Positions 45,005 through 54,114 of a stretch of DNA of 59,056 bases are shown here, piece by piece (the stretch's first letter is position 1; every line of letters begins with the position of its first letter). The notes beneath the pieces were generated by a model. That model was not told where the DNA came from, ran no database searches, and saw only the letters and a program-made list of their open reading frames with translations. The position numbers were made by a program, and so were the translations under genes. This stretch comes from an uncultured Clostridia bacterium. GTDB taxonomy: Bacteria > Bacillota > Clostridia > Oscillospirales > Oscillospiraceae. The DNA lies in contig CAMHEN010000001.1 in the NCBI GenBank assembly GCA_946184165.1, positions 1 through 59,056 of the forward strand, given 5' to 3'.

Positions 45005-45503
45005 GCTGCGTCCTCCTGTTTTTCATTCTGATTTTCATGAAACCGAACCGGTCTGCACACGATCTGATGAACAAGAGAGAACAGCAGCTGTACAGGAAAA
45101 TGGCAGGCAGTTGTATTGATAAAGAGAAAGCTGCGTATTCCCTTGACAAAAAAGCGCATGATGTCAATGCCGAATCAGCAAAAGCAAACTTCTGCATGAA
45201 AGAGCTTCTGTCCGGGAGAATTGAATCTCATATCGTATATCACACCGCCTGTCTCAATTGATTGACAGACGATAGATTTACCCTTAGATTAGTACGCTCT
45301 GACGAATACTCAATGAAAAAAAGCTTGAACCAATAAGGGAGACGCTTAATGGTTTTCCCCATCTGCGCAAAAAACACAAATCCAGTCCCATAATAATCCC
45401 TGCGTGCCGCTGAAAGGAGAGCTGAATCCGTGAAGATAAAACATGGGATCGGTATGCGCCCTTGCCGAGCATGCGGCAGGTGCGTCGAAACGAATCCCCG
45501 CAA

Positions 45504-45556
45504 ACTTGAAAAAGAGCCGGAAACCGCTGAATTTGTTGCGGTTAGCGGCTCTTTTA
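45504..45556 (-). terminator. Rho-independent terminator of the SBP/c-di-GMP phosphodiesterase operon
   Basis: 15-bp interrupted stem (AAAGAGCCG..AACCGC / GCGGTT..CGGCTCTTT) with TTTTT on the minus strand, about 90 nt after the stop at 45643. Confidence 0.75.
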
Positions 45557-45642
45557 CTGTCCTTAAATGCTGCATGAGGAATTATAGTCGCAGACATGGT
45601 GGCTTGTAGGCGTTTCCGGCAGGTGCCTTCCGCATCATAAGC

Positions 45643-48600
45643 TCAGTGCTCAAGCTCTCTGTCCTGCTGCTCCTTTTTCATCTGTGCGTCGATGATGCTG
45701 ATACCCATGATAATTCTGTTGCCGCCGGGCATGCGCGTGATCTTCATATTGACATACATCGGGCTGCCCGTATCGATCAGACGGTAGGTGGTTGTGAAGA
45801 CGCCCTGCGCGTCCAGCTCACGGATGACACTTTCCTTTGAAAACAGGTTCAGAAAGGGCGTCCGGTCCTCTTCATAAATGCGGGTCATCGTATCGCGATT
45901 CACAGCGCCGAAGAAATCTGTACCGCGCCGTATCACAGACAGTTCCTCTCCGCCGATCCGGGAAGAGTATTCAATAAACTGGTCCGTATCCAGATCTATA
46001 ACATAAATGTTATAGTAGTCCGAAGCCAGAGCCCTCGCGATATCCGCATACGAGGTGTCCGCATCAGGCTCTGAGACGGAAAAAACCACAATGGCAAGCG
46101 CCGCCGCACCGGTTACCGTATCCTTGCTTACGGGGTTAATGGCTGCATGTAGGGCAGAGCCGTTCGGCAGATATGTGTCGAGAAAGGCACGGTTCCAGTC
46201 GGCGCAGCACTGGCGCGCCTTGTCCATGAAGATCGCGCCCGCTCCATCAGGTCTGCCCGAGCAGCCGCAGGGGCTTGCGGAAAGATCACAATCGAAGTAT
46301 TTCTTCATGAACTCACGATATGCCCGGTTCGTGCGCACGTAGCAGACCTGATCCTCGCGCAGCTCCATGATTCCGGCAGGCAGTGTGTCAAAATAGTCCC
46401 GGCTCTCGTTTTCTGTGTCGGAAATCAAGGTGAGGTCATAGAGGTTCACCCGGCCGATCGCGGTGAAATAATCTGTTTCGGCGGGGTCTTCGAAACCGAT
46501 CTGGACGCCTTTCCGGTAGCGCTCCAGGATATCCTCAAAGGGGATAGGCCTGGAATAATAATAACCCTGCTGCTTGCTGCAGCCGATCTCCTGCAGAAAC
46601 TCCACCTCTTCTGCGGTCTCCACGCCTTCGCAGACCGTGTCGATCCCCAGGTCGACAGCCATACGCACCAGGTCCGTCAGGATAATCTTGCTCTCCTTTC
46701 CCTCGTAGAAACGCTTCATAAAGCGCATATCGAATTTGAGAAGATCAAAGTGGATATCCTGCAGCACATCCAGGGAGGAATAGCCACTGCCGAAGTCATC
46801 CATCCACACCTGGAAGCCCAGAGCATGGAAGCGGCGAACCTGTTCCTTCATAAAATCAAAATTGCTGCCGATGATGCTCTCGGTGATTTCGATGGTCAGC
46901 CTGTCGTGGGCGATGCCCGCGGCGTCGATGCGCTTTCGGATTTCCTCAACGATATCACATGCGTCAAAGTCGGCTCTGGACAAATTCAGGGAATGGGGCA
47001 CGACACGCAAGCCGGCCTTTTGCTGCGCCTGCATTTTTTCGAGGATCCGATCAAGCACATAGAGGTCCAGCTTGTATATGAGTCTCGCCTTTTCAAGAAT
47101 CGGGATAAAATCATCCGGCGGCAGCATCCCGCGCACCGGGTCGATCCAGCGGGAAAGCGCCTCCTCGTCAGACACGCGCCCATTGACAGAACGGACTATG
47201 GGCTGGTAATAGACCTTGATCCAGTTTTCCGACAGCGCCTGATCCAGATGGTTTATAATATACCGGACGCCGTCCAGCTGGTGAAGCATGTTGTCGTCAA
47301 AATAGTACCAGTCGGACTCAAAGGAGCTTCTGTGCTTATCACAGGCGTATTTGGCACGGTCACAGGCAATGCTCACGCTGACCTGTTCCATGCTGTCCCG
47401 GTAGATGCCTGCCCGCATCGGCAGGGAATTGCCGCCGTTTGCTGCTTTGCAGTCCCGGAATACAGCGCTCAGCTTTTCCTCAAGGTTTTCCTCACCGCAC
47501 ACAACGGCAAAATGGTCTTCGCTGAAGCGGCACATGCACTGCTCGCCGAAGTGGTCGGCCAGGATCCGCCCAACTTCGCACAGGAGCTTGTCCCCTTCCG
47601 CAAAGCCGTACTGGCGGTTATAATACTTCATGCCTACGAGGTCAAAAAACAGCATGGCGGAGGAGCCCCCGCTTTCGGCAAGTCTCTTCCGTTCCGCCTT
47701 TGCCAGCTTGAAGAAATACCGCATGTTCGGCAGACCCGTCAGCATGTCCGTGTTGACCCGTCGGCTAAGATCCGTGATATAGTCCTTGATCTGGTCGCGC
47801 ATGCGGATAAATGCCTGGGTGAGCTGTCCAATCTCGTCCTTGCTCCGGTAATTCAGCGCCACGTCGTAATCCGCGTTGGCCAGCCGCTGTGAGGCGGCCG
47901 TAAGGCTTAAAAGCGGGAATGTGATGAAACGCATGACCGATCTGATGATCACGGCAAGGATGACCATGACCGCCAGTGTAATGAAAACGATGTTGCGCGC
48001 AAGGTGCATCCAGGAGGCATTGATCTCACGCAGAGGGGCGGTGATGATCAGCTTCAAGCCGTTTCGCAAGGTGGTAAAGGCCATCTGCCGCCGTGCCCCG
48101 TCTATGTCGTAGCGGATCAGGGTATCGCCGCTGTCCTTGCTGTTGAACAGTTCCTCGGGAATCGACAGCTTTGCCGACTCCAGTACTTTCTCCTGTGTCA
48201 GATACGGATGATACAGGAGCGTCCCTTCCTCGTCGCAGAGGATTGCAAAGCCCGTGTCATAGACCCGGACGGAGCTGACGTAGGCGGTGATGGTATCCAA
48301 CGGGATATCCATGCCGAGCACGCCGATCAGCGTACCGGTAGAGTAGATCGGCACGAGATAAGAGCACAGCTTCATATCGCCGAGGGGTGGGTATTCATAC
48401 AGCCCCACCCAGGAAGGGCGGCCGCGTTTGACCGTTGTAAAGTACCAGCTGTTGTATGCAGCATTCTCCGGATCAAACATACCGGCGTCCAGAGGCTCCT
48501 GCTCCACGAAGCCCGCCTTCCCGACTCTGGAATAGTAAAAGCCATGCTGTGTCTTGCTGATCTCAGGATTGATGCAGTAGTAATAGGTAATGATGCCGTT

Positions 48601-48987
48601 GGTATGGCTCGCGGCGCTCTCGAAGGTGCGCAGGACCCGTTCACAGTGTTCTGCGATATAGGCGTCCAGCCTGACTGTCTGCTCTCTTGTCCGCTCGTTC
48701 TGTTTGGCATAGGTGCCCGCGGCGCCGCACTCCACCAGCATGACGCTGTCCAGCGAGTCGACCGCCATGTTGGCAGCAAGATTCACGGACTGCTCGATGC
48801 TTTCGAAATACTCGTCCAGCGTGTTTTTCGTATTCTCCCCGATCAGGCGCATCATTTCCACCGAGCTCCGGTCCGTCTCGGTCTGGATCGGCGGGTAACT
48901 CGCGGCAAAGACGGCGAGCATGGCGACAAGAACCGCGGCGACCGCGATCGCCGTGATCTTAAAGCGAATCGAATTCATCTTCATCAT
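45643..48987 (-). CDS. Membrane sensor: dCache-HAMP-GGDEF(degenerate)-EAL-PAS-like c-di-GMP phosphodiesterase
   Basis: TM1, a roughly 280-aa extracytoplasmic Cache-like region, TM2, and a HAMP domain (KDEIGQLTQAFIRMRDQI). The GGDEF domain A-site reads RFSEDHF. The EAL domain is intact (EEALSRW, NLS, EITES, DDFGSGYSSL, EGVET, QGYYYSRP). About 300 aa of extra C-terminal domains follow. The start is ATG 48987 (2 nt after the SBP stop) or TTG 48993. Confidence 0.88.
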   Translation of the reverse strand: MMKMNSIRFKITAIAVAAVLVAMLAVFAASYPPIQTETDRSSVEMMRLIGENTKNTLDEYFESIEQSVNLAANMAVDSLDSVMLVECGAAGTYAKQNERTREQTVRLDAYIAEHCERVLRTFESAASHTNGIITYYYCINPEISKTQHGFYYSRVGKAGFVEQEPLDAGMFDPENAAYNSWYFTTVKRGRPSWVGLYEYPPLGDMKLCSYLVPIYSTGTLIGVLGMDIPLDTITAYVSSVRVYDTGFAILCDEEGTLLYHPYLTQEKVLESAKLSIPEELFNSKDSGDTLIRYDIDGARRQMAFTTLRNGLKLIITAPLREINASWMHLARNIVFITLAVMVILAVIIRSVMRFITFPLLSLTAASQRLANADYDVALNYRSKDEIGQLTQAFIRMRDQIKDYITDLSRRVNTDMLTGLPNMRYFFKLAKAERKRLAESGGSSAMLFFDLVGMKYYNRQYGFAEGDKLLCEVGRILADHFGEQCMCRFSEDHFAVVCGEENLEEKLSAVFRDCKAANGGNSLPMRAGIYRDSMEQVSVSIACDRAKYACDKHRSSFESDWYYFDDNMLHQLDGVRYIINHLDQALSENWIKVYYQPIVRSVNGRVSDEEALSRWIDPVRGMLPPDDFIPILEKARLIYKLDLYVLDRILEKMQAQQKAGLRVVPHSLNLSRADFDACDIVEEIRKRIDAAGIAHDRLTIEITESIIGSNFDFMKEQVRRFHALGFQVWMDDFGSGYSSLDVLQDIHFDLLKFDMRFMKRFYEGKESKIILTDLVRMAVDLGIDTVCEGVETAEEVEFLQEIGCSKQQGYYYSRPIPFEDILERYRKGVQIGFEDPAETDYFTAIGRVNLYDLTLISDTENESRDYFDTLPAGIMELREDQVCYVRTNRAYREFMKKYFDCDLSASPCGCSGRPDGAGAIFMDKARQCCADWNRAFLDTYLPNGSALHAAINPVSKDTVTGAAALAIVVFSVSEPDADTSYADIARALASDYYNIYVIDLDTDQFIEYSSRIGGEELSVIRRGTDFFGAVNRDTMTRIYEEDRTPFLNLFSKESVIRELDAQGVFTTTYRLIDTGSPMYVNMKITRMPGGNRIIMGISIIDAQMKKEQQDRELEH

Positions 48988-48989
48988 GC

Positions 48990-50636
48990 TCAATCCTCAC
49001 GAATGGACATTTCCCGGTACATGTTCTTGACAGAACCGTTCCAGGAGTACTGCATACCTTCCAGCCGTTCCGAGATCACATAGGTGTACATCCGGGAGAA
49101 CAGGGGGATCCACGCGGCGTCCCCCTGCACGATGATCTCTTCCAATGCCCGATACTCCGCAATGCGGGCGTCGGGGTCGGCGATGGTGCGTGCCTCACGT
49201 ACGCGCTCCATGATCTCCTCCCGCGGATAGCAGAGGCTGCGAAAACGCGTGTTTTCCGCATCTCCGAAGAAGGTGTACAGGAAATTGTCCGGGTCGTTGT
49301 AATCTGCGGTCCAGGTCGCGGAGTAGCATTGAAGCTGCCCGCTCTTCCGCAGACTCATAAACTCGCTGTCGGTCAGCGTTTCGATGACCGTATGCACCCC
49401 GACATGTTCCCACTGAGACGCTGCCATCCTGAGCAGGGCCATCTCACCCAGGGAAGAGGCGGCGCTCACGCTCAGCGTCAGGGTGAAGCCGTCCGGATAC
49501 CCCGCCTCGCTGAGCAGTTCACGCGCTGCTTTCGGATCATTGGGAATCTCCGGGAGATCCGGATTAAAGCCGGAAAGCCCGTGGGGCATGATCCCGTTTT
49601 CCAGCGAGCCCCGTCCGCTGTATGCAGCGTCAAGCAGAAGCGTTCTGTTCAGCGCAAGCTGCAGCGCGTGCCTGACACGCACGTCGTCCAGCGGGGGGAT
49701 GGATTCGTTGAGGGCAATATAGGTGGTGCTGATGCGCTGAACCTGATAGAGCCGGTCCTGATAGATATCGCCGTGCAGGAAAAACTCCGCCGTTTTCCCA
49801 ACATCGTCCAGGTTCAGGATATCCAGAGCTCCGTCTTCAAACAGCAGCCTGACTTCCTCCGCGTCTGTCATAAAGCGCAGATCCAGTCCGGCGCAGCGGG
49901 GCGGCCCCTGCCAGCAGTTTTGATTTGCCGTCAGCAGCATGCCCTTGCCGGGTTCCCAGCTTTCCAGAATGAAGGACCCTGTTCCGATTGTCCATTCGGG
50001 CTCGAGGCCGAAGCGGTCCCCGGCCTGGGTCGTTGTCTCCTGATCCAGGATCGAGGCGCCCGGCATGGACAGGCAGGCAAGGAAGGCCTCAAAGGGATTA
50101 TCGAGCGTGACAATAAAATCGAGGTCGCTGAGTATCTCAAAGCCGGTGAGTCTGTTTGTCAGTCCTTCTTCCAGCGAGTCGGCGCCCACAATGCAGTCGA
50201 CGATGTCCCCGTTGCAGGAGTCGGGATGGGTCAGCAGTCTGGTGAAGGTATACTGTACGTCGGACGCGGTGAGCGGCGAACCGTTGGAAAAGGTCACACC
50301 TTCACGCAGGTGGAAGGTATAGGAGCGCCGGTCGTCGGAGATCTTCCAGCTTTCGGCCAGCTCCGGGAAGATCCTGGCGTTCCCGTCGGCGCCGCTCTCC
50401 ATCCCCACCAGGCGGTTGAACACATTCTGAGCGATGGTGTAGTGGATCGTGGTGCATTGAAAATCCACCGTGTCCGGCTCATCCTCGATGGCGACAAGAT
50501 AAGCGGAGGTGTTCGGTTCCGCCGCCTGTTCCGGTGCCGGGGACGGCCGAGTGACGGCAGAGCATGCGGTCAGGGACAGCAGTGCAGTTGCCAGCAGGAT
50601 GCAGATTGATTTTTTCAGTCTGTTGATCGTATTCAT
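48990..50636 (-). CDS. Lipoprotein, ABC-type solute-binding protein family 5 (peptide/nickel/opine type), orphan (no permease or ATPase genes adjacent)
   Basis: ATG 50636 behind AAGGAG gives MNTINRLKKSICILLATALLSLTAC (lipobox). The SBP_bac_5-like body includes YTFHLREGVTFSNGSPLTASDV. Confidence 0.85.
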   Translation of the reverse strand: MNTINRLKKSICILLATALLSLTACSAVTRPSPAPEQAAEPNTSAYLVAIEDEPDTVDFQCTTIHYTIAQNVFNRLVGMESGADGNARIFPELAESWKISDDRRSYTFHLREGVTFSNGSPLTASDVQYTFTRLLTHPDSCNGDIVDCIVGADSLEEGLTNRLTGFEILSDLDFIVTLDNPFEAFLACLSMPGASILDQETTTQAGDRFGLEPEWTIGTGSFILESWEPGKGMLLTANQNCWQGPPRCAGLDLRFMTDAEEVRLLFEDGALDILNLDDVGKTAEFFLHGDIYQDRLYQVQRISTTYIALNESIPPLDDVRVRHALQLALNRTLLLDAAYSGRGSLENGIMPHGLSGFNPDLPEIPNDPKAARELLSEAGYPDGFTLTLSVSAASSLGEMALLRMAASQWEHVGVHTVIETLTDSEFMSLRKSGQLQCYSATWTADYNDPDNFLYTFFGDAENTRFRSLCYPREEIMERVREARTIADPDARIAEYRALEEIIVQGDAAWIPLFSRMYTYVISERLEGMQYSWNGSVKNMYREMSIRED

Positions 50637-51409
50637 GGCTGCATGCTCCTTATAAGCCTTGGTGACTGCGGCATACGGTAGCGTACCGCCCTGTATCGTC
50701 CGGCAGAGCGGAAAAGTGCGGCAAGACAGGCGGAACTTGACGAATCTGCACAACATGTTTGAAAAATATAATCGAACTATTAGCTTATATTATATAGTAA
50801 TACACAAACAACTTCAAGATATAAAAAACTTTTAGCTATGTGTCGGCTTCGATGCGTAATATTCTTTTTAATTAAAGAAGACTTTTCATTGAAAAGGTGC
50901 CGCTTAACGCGTCACCCCTCTGCGCCAAAAAGAAAAGAGGACGTCTCATAAAGTCTCCGACACGCTGTTGAAATCAGACGTTGTCTGCTTTTATACCGGA
51001 CAGGCATAAAACGCATTAAAACGTTTGTAGTTGCGTAGAGTGTCTGCATGAGACGTCTTTTGTACATTTTGGCACAAAACTGGCAGCGCGGGAGCACGAT
51101 GACTCACCGAAAAGGAGGCATTCTATCGGTGAACGGTATTCACGGGAGAACAGTGTGACCGCGCTATTTTGACCGTCCCGGCCCCAGACCGCCGAGAATA
51201 TAGTCATGCAGAGGGTTTGAATGTCGATGTATATTCAGAGGAAGCGAATGCCGACCAGATTTCTCCCAGCAGAGAAGCAGGACCCCCTTCAGGGAAAAAC
51301 GGAAGCGCAGGTTTCCTGCGGTATGCCTTCACGTTCCAATTCTAATGCGGCCCTTTCGATCGACGCTGCGATATTTTTAAGGCACAGGCATCCTGCAAAT
51401 TTCATGCGT

Positions 51410-51976
51410 TTATCTCCACAGCCTCTTTGCTTTTTCAAAGTCCTCCGGTGTATTGCAATTGAGCAGAAGATCCACGTCGCCAGTGTATTCGACTCTTTTT
51501 ACGCCGGGATTGCTTGACAATCTTCGCATGGACCGGGAGTCTGACAGAATAAGCACTTCTGCGCGTTCATGCAGGCTCGAGTCGTACACGGCCAGCAGAG
51601 GTTCGATCAAACCGTCGTGAGCGAGTACGGTAGCAACACCTTCATGCGCCTCCGTGAGCTGCTCAAGCACCTCAGCCGGAACCAGCGGGGTATCCACGCT
51701 CACCACAAGGCAGGCGGTTTTTTGCGCCGCCATCAGACAGGCGTGTACACCGCTGAGCGGCCCTTTGCCCGGGTAGACATCCGCAACGGCGCGCGTTCCG
51801 TCTATTGTTTTGTCATAACCCGAAACCATGATGTCCTCAATCCCGAGCTCCCGGAGCTTCTGCACCTGGATCTCCAGAAGCGTCCGGTCACCGAGCTTCA
51901 GCTCGGCCTTTTTGATACCCATTCTTTTGCTTCCGCCGCCCGCCAGCACGACACCTGAAATGTCATTTGCATTCAT
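51410..51976 (-). CDS. mobA: Molybdenum cofactor guanylyltransferase
   Basis: GVVLAGGGSKRMG..K, and DGTRAVADVYPGKGPLSGVHA matching the D.....GPL.G motif. 188 aa. Confidence 0.85.
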   Translation of the reverse strand: MNANDISGVVLAGGGSKRMGIKKAELKLGDRTLLEIQVQKLRELGIEDIMVSGYDKTIDGTRAVADVYPGKGPLSGVHACLMAAQKTACLVVSVDTPLVPAEVLEQLTEAHEGVATVLAHDGLIEPLLAVYDSSLHERAEVLILSDSRSMRRLSSNPGVKRVEYTGDVDLLLNCNTPEDFEKAKRLWR

Positions 51977-52091
51977 GGACTATTTCTCCGTTCATTTCAT
52001 TGATTATCTGCAGTTCTTTCGTGAAATACGATGACTCTGTCATTGATGAGCTCATAGCAGGAAGCGCCGATAAGATACGGGATGACGCCGT

Positions 52092-53963
52092 TCAGATCGC
52101 CGCGCCGGGACGCTGCCGCCTCCCTGAGCAGGGTCTGCGTTCCCTCCATTCAGATATCAGCTTCTCCAAGGCCTCCAGTGTAGTGAGCCTGTCAGCAGAA
52201 TAGTTCTCAATCAACATGAAAAGGTAGTCAGAAACCGATTTGGTCAATATCGGATTCATGAACACGAAAGCGGCATACGGCTCATTGCAGCGAAGAACAG
52301 ACACTGTATCTCCCGGCATGGCAATCTGGATATCACGGAAAGGCGACTCGGGCAGCAGCGTCAGATGGAAGTTCTTTTCATGCTTGACAAGGTCCATGAT
52401 GGCGGAAATATGCTGAGCATATTCATCGTTCGTATAGACAATGGACAGTTCCGTCAGCTCCAGCGAGAAGTTTAATTTTCTGCTTTGCTCCATGGTCCCT
52501 CCGGTCGGCCAGAATATCAGATTGACCGCATCCCGCTGAAGCAGGTCCTGAAACTGGCCGCGCAGCCGCCTGTAAAGGCTGAGTACGAAGCTCTTGATCG
52601 GTTCTGCCATCCGGACACGGGTTACGATTCGCTCGAACAGTTCTTCCGGCATTGTAAACACAGGAAACTCAGACAGCAGAAAGGTTCTCATTCCCTGTTT
52701 CCTTATACAGTAAGAACGGTAATCCTCGCTTGCCGGGCTGTCGTAAACCTTCAAAAACGGCGAGGCGACGGCGAGCATCGAGCCATACTCACGCTCCAGC
52801 AGGGCAAGTCGTTTTTTGTCCATAATATACTCATACCAGCGATTATCGCCGCCTTCTGCGGGGAAAAAACCATGGATGCATGCGCCGCCGGGGTGAAGAA
52901 ACACTGTATGATAAAATCTGGCGGTCCTGACCTTTTGGAAAACAAAGGGTTCGATCATGCCGGAAATATACAGCGGAAACCAAGCTCGAATGGCATCGAT
53001 CATCTCCGCATCCACGCGGTCTACATTGTGGATGATCTTGATCCTGACGCCGCTGTTTACACACTTTGCCATTAAAGATGCCCACAGCGCAAAATAGGCC
53101 TGATCTCCGGTCATCCATTCCATCGGCTCGTCGGAATAGAGCAAAAGCTCGCCGCCATCTCGGGCGGTATCGCGCAGGAAACGAATCACAGCGCTTCGCA
53201 ATCCTTCTGTGCCATAGTAGAATGCGTCATCCGATACTTCCGGCAGTTCCCGCGCAGCTCCGGTTGAGAGCTTACCGGGTGTGAATTCATCAAGAGATTG
53301 CAGCAGCACCTGGGCCATGGCTGTACTGTCTTCCTCGGAGGGTGCGTCATAGAGCCATGCCGACACAGCATCTGTGTCGATATGCACTTCGTCTGTATTG
53401 CACAGTGCAGCAAGCTCCGCCGTCTTCCCGATCCTTTTTGCACGGGAAAGAAGCACATCGACCAGCTTTGCGGCGAGCCGCTCATTCCGGTGGGGAGAAT
53501 AGATCCCGCTGCGATATCGGCTGACGAGGGAAACATCGACGTTTAAGAGCGTCGCAAGCTGACTGTTAGAAAGACCCAGAAATGTTACGGCGCGATCCAG
53601 CCGATCGCCGAATGATTTCCGCTGCTGTGCTTGGAGCCGTTTGCTCTTCGGTGCAGCCGCGCAAGCGGGGAGTATGATCTCACCCGTTCCATAGAGCCAG
53701 GCGATCAGAGCGGGAATGATACTGTCCTGTGTCATGTCCGCGCAGCCGCAAAGCTCTTGCAAAGCAGGAAGCATATTTTCATAGTCCGCATATCCGTAAA
53801 CGCCGTTGGCAAAGGCTGCAATCGAGCGGCTTGCAGGCTTCGGCTCCCGATTGCCGGTCTTGAGCTTGGAAATGTTTCCCGACGAACAGCCTGCAAAGCG
53901 GGCAATGTCGGTATTGTTGCATCCAAGCAGCATGAATAATGTGGATATTCTCTCAGAAAGCAT
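52092..53963 (-). CDS. Large transcriptional regulator with two N-terminal XRE-type HTH domains and a roughly 400-aa uncharacterised C-terminal region
   Basis: HTH1 is ERISTLFMLLGCNNTDIARFAGCSSGNISKLKTGNREP. HTH2 is FGDRLDRAVTFLGLSNSQLATLLNVDVSLVSRYRSGIYSP. ATG 53963 lies behind GAGGAG; the track ORF starts at GTG 53972. Confidence 0.75.
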   Translation of the reverse strand: MLSERISTLFMLLGCNNTDIARFAGCSSGNISKLKTGNREPKPASRSIAAFANGVYGYADYENMLPALQELCGCADMTQDSIIPALIAWLYGTGEIILPACAAAPKSKRLQAQQRKSFGDRLDRAVTFLGLSNSQLATLLNVDVSLVSRYRSGIYSPHRNERLAAKLVDVLLSRAKRIGKTAELAALCNTDEVHIDTDAVSAWLYDAPSEEDSTAMAQVLLQSLDEFTPGKLSTGAARELPEVSDDAFYYGTEGLRSAVIRFLRDTARDGGELLLYSDEPMEWMTGDQAYFALWASLMAKCVNSGVRIKIIHNVDRVDAEMIDAIRAWFPLYISGMIEPFVFQKVRTARFYHTVFLHPGGACIHGFFPAEGGDNRWYEYIMDKKRLALLEREYGSMLAVASPFLKVYDSPASEDYRSYCIRKQGMRTFLLSEFPVFTMPEELFERIVTRVRMAEPIKSFVLSLYRRLRGQFQDLLQRDAVNLIFWPTGGTMEQSRKLNFSLELTELSIVYTNDEYAQHISAIMDLVKHEKNFHLTLLPESPFRDIQIAMPGDTVSVLRCNEPYAAFVFMNPILTKSVSDYLFMLIENYSADRLTTLEALEKLISEWRERRPCSGRRQRPGAAI

Positions 53964-54010
53964 GGCGGGCACTCCTCACGTATGCAATTACGTCAGATTC
54001 AATATATCAT

Positions 54011-54047
54011 ATGGACAACTTTTCTGCAATGAGCAAAAGTTGTCCAT
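54011..54047. promoter_or_regulatory. Perfect 13-bp inverted repeat (ATGGACAACTTTT-N11-AAAAGTTGTCCAT), candidate operator in the divergent promoter region
   Basis: Read directly at 54011-54023 and 54035-54047, between the regulator start (53963) and the lipoprotein start (54115). Confidence 0.6.
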
Positions 54048-54114
54048 TGTTGTTTTGCGTACCCATTCAGTAGTAGTATAAATATAGGATTATTTACGTT
54101 AAGGAGGCTTTAAC

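Noticed and set aside
44806-45261. A 151-aa plus-strand ORF and a 73-aa minus-strand ORF in the gap between the NTPase gene and the phosphodiesterase gene
   Set aside because: The first overlaps the NTPase coding region and promoter in antisense. Its composition is atypical and it has no SD or recognisable motif. The region is better described as non-coding or remnant.
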